This document shows, in pieces, positions 10,864 through 19,548 of a stretch of DNA of 64,000 nucleotides. Positions within the stretch are counted from its first letter, which is position 1. Each line of letters opens with the position of its first letter. The notes below the pieces were generated by a model. The model ran no database searches. It had not been told where the DNA came from and saw nothing but the letters and a program-made list of their open reading frames with translations. Location of the stretch: sequence record KX397373.1. One strand, written 5' to 3'. The position numbers were made by a program, and so were the translations under genes.

Positions 10864-11760
10864 GTGGGTATTAAAATTAACTGGGATGACCAGACTGACC
10901 AGGCACTGGATGCGGTAGAAATATACCGCAGCACTTCACCTATCGATGAGAACGCACCTGGTACCCCCATTGCAACATTGGCGGGTACGGCACGAGAGTA
11001 CGAAGACACCGGTGTGAAAAACGGGAACACGTACTACTACCGTGTGGCAGTGGTGAAGGGTGGTAACCGTTCCTTCGGGGCGCAGCAAACCGCGGGCTAC
11101 TACTCGAACCTCGGGCCGGGGCCGAAGAAGATTCTACGTGGGGATTGGATTGCCGGGTACTTCGGTGAGATACTGAACGCAGACTGGGTATTGCCGCTGG
11201 ATGTGGCGAACAAAATTACCGCGGCTCTGAAATCCACCGTTGGGATTAACTACATCACCTCGTCTGACCGTTGGCACAAGTTTATCTATAAAGGTAAAGT
11301 GCTGTTCGTGCCTTCCACTCGACTGATCTACTCGACGTATGCAAACGCGTACAACGCCGGGTTCTTGTTCGGTGAAGATGGCGTTGGTCAACTGCCAACA
11401 GGGCCTGCCGGTAACGTTAATCAGAAAACGGTTATCGAGATTGGCGGATACCAATTCTTGGTACGCCCTATCCGTATGTCGGACAAACCCACATCGCAAT
11501 ACCTGACCGCACAAGCGGACTTTGTGGAAAGCGAATGGAAGAAGACGTTTGCCCGTTTGCGTATCGATGCGAACGCACAAACCGACCCAACCATCTTTGC
11601 CCGGTTCAGCGACTACACCACCATCGACTGGTGCGGTGGTCCACACCAGGCAAGCGCAACGACGTGTGCAACTGCGGTTAACGGCAACCCGGAGAATCTC
11701 GGCACCACGGCGAACACCAGTAACATCAACTGGTGTATTGCATTGGAATTGATTCCGTAA
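10864..11760 (+). CDS. Module 3, type C virion protein
   Basis: GIKINWDDQ..LDAVEIYR; paralog of 4055 and 7435. Confidence 0.75.
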   Translation: MGIKINWDDQTDQALDAVEIYRSTSPIDENAPGTPIATLAGTAREYEDTGVKNGNTYYYRVAVVKGGNRSFGAQQTAGYYSNLGPGPKKILRGDWIAGYFGEILNADWVLPLDVANKITAALKSTVGINYITSSDRWHKFIYKGKVLFVPSTRLIYSTYANAYNAGFLFGEDGVGQLPTGPAGNVNQKTVIEIGGYQFLVRPIRMSDKPTSQYLTAQADFVESEWKKTFARLRIDANAQTDPTIFARFSDYTTIDWCGGPHQASATTCATAVNGNPENLGTTANTSNINWCIALELIP

Positions 11761-11765
11761 GCCTT

Positions 11766-11802
11766 ACCCTCTCGCCTTCGGGTGGGAGGGGTTTTATTTT
11801 TT
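11766..11802 (+). terminator. Intrinsic terminator (UUCG loop)
   Basis: CCCTCTCGCC-TTCG-GGTGGGAGGG followed by a T-run. Confidence 0.85.
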
Positions 11803-11849
11803 ACGCGTATGGTATGAACCATTGTTGTTAATGCTATAAGGAGGCCATT

Positions 11850-12449
11850 GTGGCTGCTGTTGCTCGTTTTAGTAAAGAAGGTATCATCCGTGCGAAGACT
11901 GCGATTGAAGCAGGCTACGTGAACAATCCCAATGACCTGGGCGGGGAAACCAACCACGGGATTACCATTGCAACTGCGCGTGAATTTGGCTATACCGGAA
12001 ACATGCGTGACCTGACGGTTGAACAGGCGTTGGTCATCTACGACAAAGGTTGGTGGCAGCGTATGCGTCTTGACCAGATTCTGGCCATGAACGTAATGCT
12101 GGCTGACCGTCTGTTCGACTTCGGTATTAATGCCGGTCGTGCAAACGCCATCAAATCCTTACAGCGTGTACTGAACGTGTTAAACCGTCAAGGTAAACTG
12201 TACAGCGACATTGATGCGGATGGCGGTATCGGGACATTGACCCTGACAGCACTGGCGGGCTTTATCAAAGCGCGTGGTGCCGATGGTCTGAACCGTCTGA
12301 TGTTTGCACTGACCTGTCACCAGGTGGCGTACTACACGGAAATCAGTGAGAAGCGTGTACAGAACGAAGAGTTCACGTACGGCTGGTACGACCGTGTGTA
12401 TCGCGAAATGCCGGACTATGTTGTCCAGCTGGGAATGTGCTCAAAATGA
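11850..12449 (+). CDS. Glycoside hydrolase family 108 lysozyme (endolysin) with C-terminal peptidoglycan-binding region
   Basis: IEAGYVNNPNDLGGETNHGIT matches the GH108 E-G-G-Y..D.GG.T..GI signature. FDFGINAG and DG.IG..TL motifs. AGGAGG RBS, GTG start. Confidence 0.9.
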   Translation: MAAVARFSKEGIIRAKTAIEAGYVNNPNDLGGETNHGITIATAREFGYTGNMRDLTVEQALVIYDKGWWQRMRLDQILAMNVMLADRLFDFGINAGRANAIKSLQRVLNVLNRQGKLYSDIDADGGIGTLTLTALAGFIKARGADGLNRLMFALTCHQVAYYTEISEKRVQNEEFTYGWYDRVYREMPDYVVQLGMCSK

Positions 12450-12553
12450 AATCCAACTGGTTCGTCACGTTAATGCGTGCGGTTGGACGTGCTCTGTTAG
12501 CGGCAATGCGGAGAAAACGTCATGACAAACCCGAAAGCGGATTTAAAGCCTGA
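12446..12553 (+). CDS. Putative 35-aa cationic amphipathic peptide (MKSNWFVTLMRAVGRALLAAMRRKRHDKPESGFKA)
   Basis: ATG overlaps the endolysin stop (ATGA). Translated by hand; not in the ORF track. Confidence 0.5.
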   Translation: MKSNWFVTLMRAVGRALLAAMRRKRHDKPESGFKA

Positions 12554-12608
12554 CGCAGGCTTCTTCAAACTGTTACGGGCCATCTTTCTGCGGAGAGTGG
12601 TCGAGTAG
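12522..12608 (+). CDS. Putative 28-aa peptide (MTNPKADLKPDAGFFKLLRAIFLRRVVE)
   Basis: GGAG RBS upstream; fills the gap to the next gene. Translated by hand. Confidence 0.45.
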   Translation: MTNPKADLKPDAGFFKLLRAIFLRRVVE

Positions 12609-12616
12609 GCACACCC

Positions 12617-13258
12617 ATGGAAAAGCTCAACTATAAGCTGTTAGAGAAGCCGTGGTTCGTTCTCACGGAAGATTTCCACTTCGCCTTTACCTTACGGTCG
12701 CTTTACCGTGAAGTCGGTGGGATGGATGAGATGGTGAAATTGTCAGGCGTGTTGCCCGACAAAGAACTGTTTGTGACTGCACCAAAAGGTTTCGTAACCG
12801 ACATGGCCAGTATCCCTGAACCGCTCCAGCCTATCCTGCATCCGGATGGGCCGTGGGCGGCGGCAGCCTGTGTCCATGACCTGTTCTACCAGAAATGTTC
12901 CAGTGTGGGGGTTTATCCAACCGGTGATGCGGGTGATCTCTCCCGTGCGGTGGATAAACGGTTCGCGGACATTATGTTCCTGCGGATTATGGAAGCGCTC
13001 GGGGTTGACCCGTTTATTCGCAAGTCATTCTACGAAGCGGTTCACCAGTTTGGTTGGCCGTCATACGTGGACAACAACGCGAAAGTGCAATACAGCCACC
13101 CGGTGGAGAAAACCCTGACGTATAATCGCAACTACCTGTTCATTCGTGAGCAGTGTGAAGTGGCGATTCCGGAACACGAGCGGGTAGACCTCACCACAGG
13201 ACATTCCGTCAATGTGAAGTATTTGAACATTAAACGGGCTTTCCTGAGCCTCGATTAA
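12617..13258 (+). CDS. DUF1353-family protein
   Basis: VPKGFVTD.ASIP-like motif (APKGFVTDMASIP) ...GPW..AACVHD.FY...AD..F...M...GV matches DUF1353. Confidence 0.8.
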   Translation: MEKLNYKLLEKPWFVLTEDFHFAFTLRSLYREVGGMDEMVKLSGVLPDKELFVTAPKGFVTDMASIPEPLQPILHPDGPWAAAACVHDLFYQKCSSVGVYPTGDAGDLSRAVDKRFADIMFLRIMEALGVDPFIRKSFYEAVHQFGWPSYVDNNAKVQYSHPVEKTLTYNRNYLFIREQCEVAIPEHERVDLTTGHSVNVKYLNIKRAFLSLD

Positions 13259-13331
13259 TTCGTAAGGTCATTTATCGTCTTACGGATTAAAAGCGCTTAG
13301 AACGCTTCCTAGGCGCTTGTAGGGGGCAAAT

Positions 13332-13377
13332 AAAGAAAGAATTACCCACTCCTTTGCGGGAGTGGGTAATCTCTTTT
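13332..13377. terminator. Bidirectional intrinsic terminator between convergent genes
   Basis: ATTACCCACTCC / GGAGTGGGTAAT stem flanked by A-rich and T-rich runs. Confidence 0.8.
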
Positions 13378-13891
13378 ATTTCGCGTCGACTTTGTCTGTC
13401 GTTTCGCTTGGAGACGGGGTAATTAACACGGGTACCGATGGCTGGTCGAGGGGCCCGATGATACAACGGAAGAAGGTCATGCCGGAACCGCTGCCCGTCA
13501 GTGGGCTGACAGTTGAATAATCAAACGACGGTGAGCCTGTCAGTAATCCGTTGGTACGGTAAAAGCGTTTCCCCGACTTGGTATCGATGTTCCCGTCAAT
13601 CTTACCGGTGGCATCTTTATACAACTGCGGTGCTTCTAACTTACCACCGTCCCAGGTCGCTACCCAATTCGCCCCTACATCCATAACCGTAACGGCACGA
13701 GGGAAAACAGCGATGCTGGAAGCAACGGGTCGGTAATCAACAAATTCCGTCTCCACACCCGTACAGGTGTAGATGACCATATCGTGATTAGTGACAGGGA
13801 CAGTGGAGAACTGCCCTTTATCATCTGCGTTCATGGCACAACCTGAAAGCAACATGATAAACGCGAGCACGCACAACAAGTGCTTGGTCAT
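13376..13891 (-). CDS. Predicted lipoprotein
   Basis: N-terminal basic residue, hydrophobic stretch and LLSG-C lipobox. Confidence 0.7.
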   Translation of the reverse strand: MTKHLLCVLAFIMLLSGCAMNADDKGQFSTVPVTNHDMVIYTCTGVETEFVDYRPVASSIAVFPRAVTVMDVGANWVATWDGGKLEAPQLYKDATGKIDGNIDTKSGKRFYRTNGLLTGSPSFDYSTVSPLTGSGSGMTFFRCIIGPLDQPSVPVLITPSPSETTDKVDAK

Positions 13892-14025
13892 GATGAGATT
13901 CCTGTTCGGTGAAAGTGAGTTTTATTCCAGACGAGATTAACAATCGTCATATAAACCTAATAATAGCGTGAATTTTTATTGCTTTTTATATGCACCCCAA
14001 CAGCCTGTTGTAAGAGGAACTACCC

Positions 14026-14550
14026 ATGGCAAAAACAGCACAAGCGCAATTTATTGCGATGTTCAACGCGGATAACACTGGTCTGGCGCAAGCACTGGTC
14101 GAAGCAGATGTTACCTTTGGCGCAGTGGCCGAATATGACCCTGCCGACGAGGCCGATACCCGCAACTCCAAAGTGACGCTGACTGCCGTTGCAGAAAGCA
14201 CGCACTTTACCGGGGAAAAGGAATTCCACTTCACCCGTCTGGCTGCAAGCATCGTTGGCGCGAAAGCAGTTACCGATGACCAGGCCGACTGGGACACCGA
14301 TGCCGAAGTCCTGGCATTCCTGAATGCTGACGTTATCACTGCCGGTAAAACGGACGATGCGTTTGCACTCAGCGAGCTGGACATTGTTCGTACCGATGGT
14401 GCGGATGATGCGAAAGTGATTACCGTCACTATCAAAGCCGGTCACCTGAAGTTCCTGCCAGGCGATGTGGCAGTCTACACCATTACGCAAGAGATCACTA
14501 AAACTGACCTCTCTACCACAAATGGTGAGCTCAACGGTTTCACAGCTTAA
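14026..14550 (+). CDS. Small acidic virion protein ending NGELNGF
   Basis: RNSKVTLTA...FTGEKEFHFTRL resembles the RNTR..L....F.G.KEFFYDRL domain. GAGGA RBS. Confidence 0.7.
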   Translation: MAKTAQAQFIAMFNADNTGLAQALVEADVTFGAVAEYDPADEADTRNSKVTLTAVAESTHFTGEKEFHFTRLAASIVGAKAVTDDQADWDTDAEVLAFLNADVITAGKTDDAFALSELDIVRTDGADDAKVITVTIKAGHLKFLPGDVAVYTITQEITKTDLSTTNGELNGFTA

Positions 14551-14573
14551 TAAGCTACTAAAACCGCTATTCA

Positions 14574-14606
14574 CGGGAGACCTGATGGTCTCCCGCTTTT
14601 TATTTT
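14574..14606 (+). terminator. Intrinsic terminator
   Basis: CGGGAGACC-TGAT-GGTCTCCCG followed by a T-run. Confidence 0.8.
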
Positions 14607-14632
14607 GTTTACTTTAACGGAGTGAAGTAAGT

Positions 14633-15139
14633 ATGGCTAAGTCGTTGCAAGAACTGTTTGTCGATATGATCAACGAAGTCAATCCAGATTTAGGGTTAAC
14701 GCTCAGTGACGTCACATTCGGTGCGCCTTCCGAATACACCCCTGCGGATTCAGGGGACACCCGCAATACCGTGTTGACTTTAGTGGCAAAAGATGACAGC
14801 CCGAATTTCAAGGGCAGTAAAGATTACCACTTCTTCCGCTTCAATTTCACTAACCCTGGTGGTGTCACTACCCCAACATTAACCACCGGGGATTTGATTG
14901 GGAACTGGCAGGACGATGCAAAGGTCTTGATGGTCATGAACATGATGCTGCCGAATTACAAACTGACAGCAGAAGAGATTGCCATCGAACGCGTGACCGT
15001 GGATGACACCACGTTAGATGTACGCATCACTATCGACCCCAACCATTTAAAGTGGCACGGGACATTTGTGACACGCGTAATCGACGAAGGAAAAACCAAC
15101 CTGCAATGGTTGAATCCCGAGTTGAGCGGGTTCAAATAA
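14633..15139 (+). CDS. Small virion protein, paralog of 14026
   Basis: DVTFGA..EY.PAD..DTRN..(V/L)TL.A shared with 14026; ends NPELSGFK. Confidence 0.7.
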   Translation: MAKSLQELFVDMINEVNPDLGLTLSDVTFGAPSEYTPADSGDTRNTVLTLVAKDDSPNFKGSKDYHFFRFNFTNPGGVTTPTLTTGDLIGNWQDDAKVLMVMNMMLPNYKLTAEEIAIERVTVDDTTLDVRITIDPNHLKWHGTFVTRVIDEGKTNLQWLNPELSGFK

Positions 15140-15189
15140 AAAGAAAGCGACCTACTACCCGTAAAGGTAGTAGGTCTGCTTATTTTATT
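15138..15189. terminator. Bidirectional terminator ending the minus-strand rSAM/fibre gene run
   Basis: GACCTACTACC / GGTAGTAGGTC stem with A-run to the left and T-run to the right. Confidence 0.85.
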
Positions 15190-15192
15190 CGC

Positions 15193-15861
15193 TTACAACA
15201 AGCCTTCTTCGGTCGCCACGGATTTGATACCCGTGAAGTCCTGTGCTTCGGCCAGTGTGCGAATCTTACGCTTGAGCTCCGTCATCGCTGCGTGCAGTTG
15301 CGCATCACGCTCAACAATAGCGGCCAGCACCGCTTTACACGCTGCAACGTCGAACGGGTGTTCTTCACTGCCTAAGCGGTTGTTCTGCGCATCCAGCCAA
15401 TACCCCGGCGAGGTATCGGATTGAACGTACGAGGCCAAGGACGCACGAGACTTCTCATCGGCTTGCAGCAGGATGCCCTGGAATTCGATGTTCTCGTGAC
15501 GCTGAGTTTCGTAGCGTTCCGCGATACGGGTATAGATAGGCTGAATCTCTTGGTAGAGATAGTTTACCGTCGAGGTCAAGCCTTTGCGGATTTCATCCAA
15601 CGGCAGCTCTAACACGGTTTCGATAAACTCTTTCGCCTTACGCAGCGTGAACTGGGCTTCCGGTTCACTGAGGTCGTACTCACGCAGCTTTTTGACGGCT
15701 GCTTTATCCGATACCCCGTTCAACAGATGATAATGCAGCAGGGTACAGTACCCCTGCTTGGTTTCATCGTCTTTCGCCAGAATGGTCATGTAATTACCGT
15801 GGCGGTCAATCGGGTTACCGAATTCGAAGTAACGGGCCTTTATCTCGTCATTACTAAGCAT
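15193..15861 (-). CDS. DUF4376-like tail-fibre assembly protein with a possible PqqD/RRE-like N-terminal domain
   Basis: C-terminal half FQG..LQADEKSR.SL...W.DA.N.......AI..R......H.....LK..I resembles DUF4376. AGGAG RBS. Confidence 0.65.
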   Translation of the reverse strand: MLSNDEIKARYFEFGNPIDRHGNYMTILAKDDETKQGYCTLLHYHLLNGVSDKAAVKKLREYDLSEPEAQFTLRKAKEFIETVLELPLDEIRKGLTSTVNYLYQEIQPIYTRIAERYETQRHENIEFQGILLQADEKSRASLASYVQSDTSPGYWLDAQNNRLGSEEHPFDVAACKAVLAAIVERDAQLHAAMTELKRKIRTLAEAQDFTGIKSVATEEGLL

Positions 15862-16430
15862 TCAGATTCTCCTGCTAACCCGAGGTCCATCAGCAGGCCG
15901 AAGTCAACCATCTGGAAGTGTTCGGATAATTCCTCACCCCAGATAAATTTCATCTTCTCTGCTAAGTCCCCGTTCTGTTCCTGGAAGATAAAGATTTGGT
16001 GCATTTCCTCACCAAACGAGTCGAACTGATGGTTAGAACGCAGCGCACGTACGCGCACACCGATCAAATCCGCAGCTTCCGGATTCTCCGGGTCGGCCCA
16101 GTTTAATGCCAGACCAATCAGGTTATCGGTATCCAGGTTCTGCGTAGAGCGACGCAGGATTTCGATTTTGTGGCGCGGGAATTCCGCAACACGCTGTTCG
16201 AAGCCCGGATTACGGATGGCCACCTGCTCCACAGAGTTGTGTGTTTTCTCAACCCCGTCCAGCGGCAGAATGACGTTCAGCCCGAAGCGCACACACAGAC
16301 GACGAATCTCATCAGTAAACGTGTCTGGTTCCACAATCGCGTGGATGTTGTACATGCCGTGCTTTTGCATAAACGCGGCAACAAGGTGAAGATTACGCTT
16401 CGTAAAATTGTGTATCAGCAACGACTTCAT
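15840..16430 (-). CDS. Hypothetical protein in the rSAM cluster
   Basis: 196 aa, AGGAG RBS, overlaps both neighbours. Confidence 0.7.
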   Translation of the reverse strand: MKSLLIHNFTKRNLHLVAAFMQKHGMYNIHAIVEPDTFTDEIRRLCVRFGLNVILPLDGVEKTHNSVEQVAIRNPGFEQRVAEFPRHKIEILRRSTQNLDTDNLIGLALNWADPENPEAADLIGVRVRALRSNHQFDSFGEEMHQIFIFQEQNGDLAEKMKFIWGEELSEHFQMVDFGLLMDLGLAGESECLVMTR

Positions 16431-17736
16431 TCGCTGGTGCTCCTAATTGGTTTTTCTTCTCGGCTGCTAATTTGCGATCGCGCACACAAGACACACAGTA
16501 GCACTGGGTCTTATCGTTCAGATCGGTATAACGGGTAGTACCGGTTTTCTGGTAGAAGTATTCTGCTACCAGCAGTTTGGCGGTAGTCCAGCCACACTGA
16601 CGACGCTCGGCGTGATACGCTTTGCGGTCTTCCATTTCCCCGTCACCGTTCTCGTATGACGCCGCGGCACAACTACCACACGCGTGCTTCATCGGGCAAC
16701 CCAGGCACGTTTCTGGGTAGTTGGTGTACTGCGTTTGAATTTCGTTCAACAGCTTATTGTCGTCGATATTGACAATCTCACGGCCACGCAGTTCTGCGAT
16801 AGCCTGACGTGTCGTTACCGTGGACATAAAGCGGTTACAGCCGTAAATCTTGCGGTCGAAGCCCAGGCAGGTCATGTGGGTTACGGTACCGCAGAACGGA
16901 CGCACACGCTCCGGGTTCAGACGCGTTGCTTCGTCGTCCAGGAGCTTCTGACGCCAATCCGGGTCCCAGGTTGCCATGAAGTCCAGGCCATCCGGGAAGA
17001 TGTGGGTCAGGCGGTTACGTGGGTCTTTCTCAAACCCTTTGTCGAACCAGTAGTCAATCACGTCCATCATCTGCAACGCAATCGACATTGCCATGGTGCG
17101 CGGCAGAATGTCTTCGTACGTGACGTTACCGGAAATGGTACCACCGCCAGTGACGTCCATCAGGTGCTTCATGGACTCGGCGTATTTCGGCAGGGTCTCA
17201 GACGTAAAGGTGGCTTTGATACCCAGTTCCAGGATACCGACCGATTTCAGGTAGTTGTAACCACGCATCGCTTTTTCGTACGACCCTTCACGGGTCGTGG
17301 TGAAGATACGATAGCGGTCGTGCACTTCCGGCAGACCATCGATAGACACACCGATGGACAGTTTGTCACGCCAGCGTTCGATAATCTCGCGGTTCAGCGG
17401 CTTGTCGAATAACGTGCCGTTCGTCGAGATGGAGAAGATAACATCACGGTTATCACGCTTCGCCAGTTCTTCGGCCGTTTCAAATACGGCTTTCAGAATC
17501 TTCGGCTGCATCATGGGTTCACCACCGATGATATCGATGATAACTTCCACGTTCTTCAAATGACGGTCACGGTCGAAACACGCATGAATGAAGTCCACTG
17601 CATCATCGGCTTTATTGTTACGCGGGTATTTACGCTCGTAGCAATATTCACAGTCGAGGTTACAGGAGAGGTTGGTCACCACCTGATAGGTTTTGGTGAT
17701 TTTGGGCTCTTGGGCCGGTGCTTTGGTATCACGCAT
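16393..17736 (-). CDS. Radical SAM/SPASM-domain peptide maturase
   Basis: CNLDCEYC (CX3CX2C); IIGGEP; SISTNGTL; SIDG. SPASM-like cysteines: CGTV..C..DRKIYGCNRF and CLGCPMKHACGSCAA...C. Confidence 0.92.
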   Translation of the reverse strand: MRDTKAPAQEPKITKTYQVVTNLSCNLDCEYCYERKYPRNNKADDAVDFIHACFDRDRHLKNVEVIIDIIGGEPMMQPKILKAVFETAEELAKRDNRDVIFSISTNGTLFDKPLNREIIERWRDKLSIGVSIDGLPEVHDRYRIFTTTREGSYEKAMRGYNYLKSVGILELGIKATFTSETLPKYAESMKHLMDVTGGGTISGNVTYEDILPRTMAMSIALQMMDVIDYWFDKGFEKDPRNRLTHIFPDGLDFMATWDPDWRQKLLDDEATRLNPERVRPFCGTVTHMTCLGFDRKIYGCNRFMSTVTTRQAIAELRGREIVNIDDNKLLNEIQTQYTNYPETCLGCPMKHACGSCAAASYENGDGEMEDRKAYHAERRQCGWTTAKLLVAEYFYQKTGTTRYTDLNDKTQCYCVSCVRDRKLAAEKKNQLGAPANEVVADTQFYEA

Positions 17737-18634
17737 TGCGATTTAACCCCGCTTGTATTACACGATTCATGTACTGGTAAGCGTCATAGCCAATGACTTC
17801 GGCCAGACGGTTACAGCCCGAGTTCAACACATCAATGGCATTGTCAGACTGGTCAAACGTGGCATCGGATTTTACCCACACCAGATTGCTACAGTCGTCA
17901 CAGTGCTGCTTGAAGAACTTGTTGATGCTGAGCGTTTGGTGGAACCCGTTCAGCGTGTTCAGCTCGGTCAACTGGTCGTGCATTTTGTTGTACCCGTACA
18001 TAAAGTTCATGACGAGATCCTGGTTAAGCGGCTTAGGCATGAAGTTATCAAACATCACACGGTAACCGTTTAAGCGGTAATGGTACAACGACTCGTGGAG
18101 TTTCAACAGGTCGTAGAACCAGTGCTTCGGTGCTAACTGGGCACGGGTAATCACCGACCATAACGTGATGTTGTCCAGCGCGTCAAACACCTCGAAAGCA
18201 TCGTAGCGACGCTCCTCAGCGATACGCAGCAACGGACGTTCGGATTCTGCATAGCCGTCAAAGGAGACGAAGATGCGATCCATTTGCTCGAGCACCGGCA
18301 GCTGGGCCGGGGTCAGTCGCAGACCGTTGGTGTACATTTCATGCTGTAGGTGCGGATAACGTTCCTTCAACTCAGCCATAAAGTCCTGGATTTTATTGAA
18401 CGCCAACAGGGGTTCACCGCCCGTCCAGTTAATTTGCTGAATAGTAGGATGCGCTTCCAGCGTTTCAAACAGCTTCTCTCTTTGGATGTCGCGCGCACTG
18501 TCCTTGACATCCATATACCCAACACCGCCACAGAAGCTACAATCGAGATTGCACTTCGAGGTGGTGACAATCGACAGCTCCATCGGAGTTGACGAAGGGT
18601 CGCGACGAATAGCCGACACAGCTTCTTCACTCAT
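17729..18634 (-). CDS. Second, shorter radical SAM protein
   Basis: CNLDCSFC; WTGGEPLL; YTNG; VSFDG. Only CDDC..C at the C-terminus. GGAG RBS. Confidence 0.88.
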   Translation of the reverse strand: MSEEAVSAIRRDPSSTPMELSIVTTSKCNLDCSFCGGVGYMDVKDSARDIQREKLFETLEAHPTIQQINWTGGEPLLAFNKIQDFMAELKERYPHLQHEMYTNGLRLTPAQLPVLEQMDRIFVSFDGYAESERPLLRIAEERRYDAFEVFDALDNITLWSVITRAQLAPKHWFYDLLKLHESLYHYRLNGYRVMFDNFMPKPLNQDLVMNFMYGYNKMHDQLTELNTLNGFHQTLSINKFFKQHCDDCSNLVWVKSDATFDQSDNAIDVLNSGCNRLAEVIGYDAYQYMNRVIQAGLNRNA

Positions 18635-18650
18635 TGCAGATTTACTCCAG

Positions 18651-19538
18651 TTATTCGAAAGTCAGCTTGAACAGCGGGTCATCTTTGATGTCCACACCCG
18701 TCTTTAACACGAACGGGTCGTTATAAGCATCAAGGATCTGGTTCAGAATAGCCTGACGGTCATTCACACGCCGTAAGTCATCTAACGTGACCGTGCGAGC
18801 ATGGAAGGCAGACACTGCGGTTTTCTCTTCAGCCGTCAGTTCTACTTTCGTCAGCAGGAACGCTACCAGTTTGTTCAGGTCTGCTTCGGTTGCAGGTGCT
18901 TCACCGAACTGCGTCTGCACCAGGTACTGCATCCACGGTTTGCGGATACGCTTGGTGATGTCGTGTTCGTCAAAGATTGCTTCGAATTGTTTCTCAGCCG
19001 GGTTCCAGACAAACTTGTAGCTGTAGGCCAGCAGGTCAAGCATGTTGGTAATGCCGTGCTTTTCAAAGCCAACGATAGGGTAATACTCTTCGACACCGGT
19101 ATACTGCTCAGTGTCTTGCGTTACCTGCGTAAACCAGCCAGGCATAGACCCCATGTAGTCCCAGCTCCATTCACGGCGGGCCATCGGTTTCAGGCCACTT
19201 TCGGTAAACGGAATCAGGAACATTTCCAGGTCAACCACCTGGTTCAATACCGCATCGCTCAGGAAGTATTTCCCATCCACTAAGCGACCTTTCACATCTT
19301 GCTCACCGGCCGTGATGTGAATGTGCTGCACGCTACGACCCGCTAACGTATAATCGGCTTCCACCGTATAGTTCTTCGGGTTAGCCAGCTCACGTCCACG
19401 AACCTTTGGCCACTCCCCTGGCAACTGACTGATCAGTCGCACCTGGTCTAACAGGTGGAATTTCACACTGTCGTACAGGCTGATATGCAGTGGGAAGTTT
19501 TGCGTTGTCTTAAACGCAAGGTGTAGATCGTTCTTCAT
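18651..19538 (-). CDS. Hypothetical protein between the precursors and the rSAM genes
   Basis: 295 aa, AGGGG RBS, short gaps to neighbours. Confidence 0.75.
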   Translation of the reverse strand: MKNDLHLAFKTTQNFPLHISLYDSVKFHLLDQVRLISQLPGEWPKVRGRELANPKNYTVEADYTLAGRSVQHIHITAGEQDVKGRLVDGKYFLSDAVLNQVVDLEMFLIPFTESGLKPMARREWSWDYMGSMPGWFTQVTQDTEQYTGVEEYYPIVGFEKHGITNMLDLLAYSYKFVWNPAEKQFEAIFDEHDITKRIRKPWMQYLVQTQFGEAPATEADLNKLVAFLLTKVELTAEEKTAVSAFHARTVTLDDLRRVNDRQAILNQILDAYNDPFVLKTGVDIKDDPLFKLTFE

Positions 19539-19548
19539 TTAAGTCCCC

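Noticed and set aside
14020-14574. Minus-strand 184-aa and 149-aa ORFs
   Set aside because: Antisense to 14026-14550, which has an RBS, a paralog and a terminator.
16684-17412. Plus-strand 242-aa ORF
   Set aside because: Antisense shadow of the radical SAM gene.
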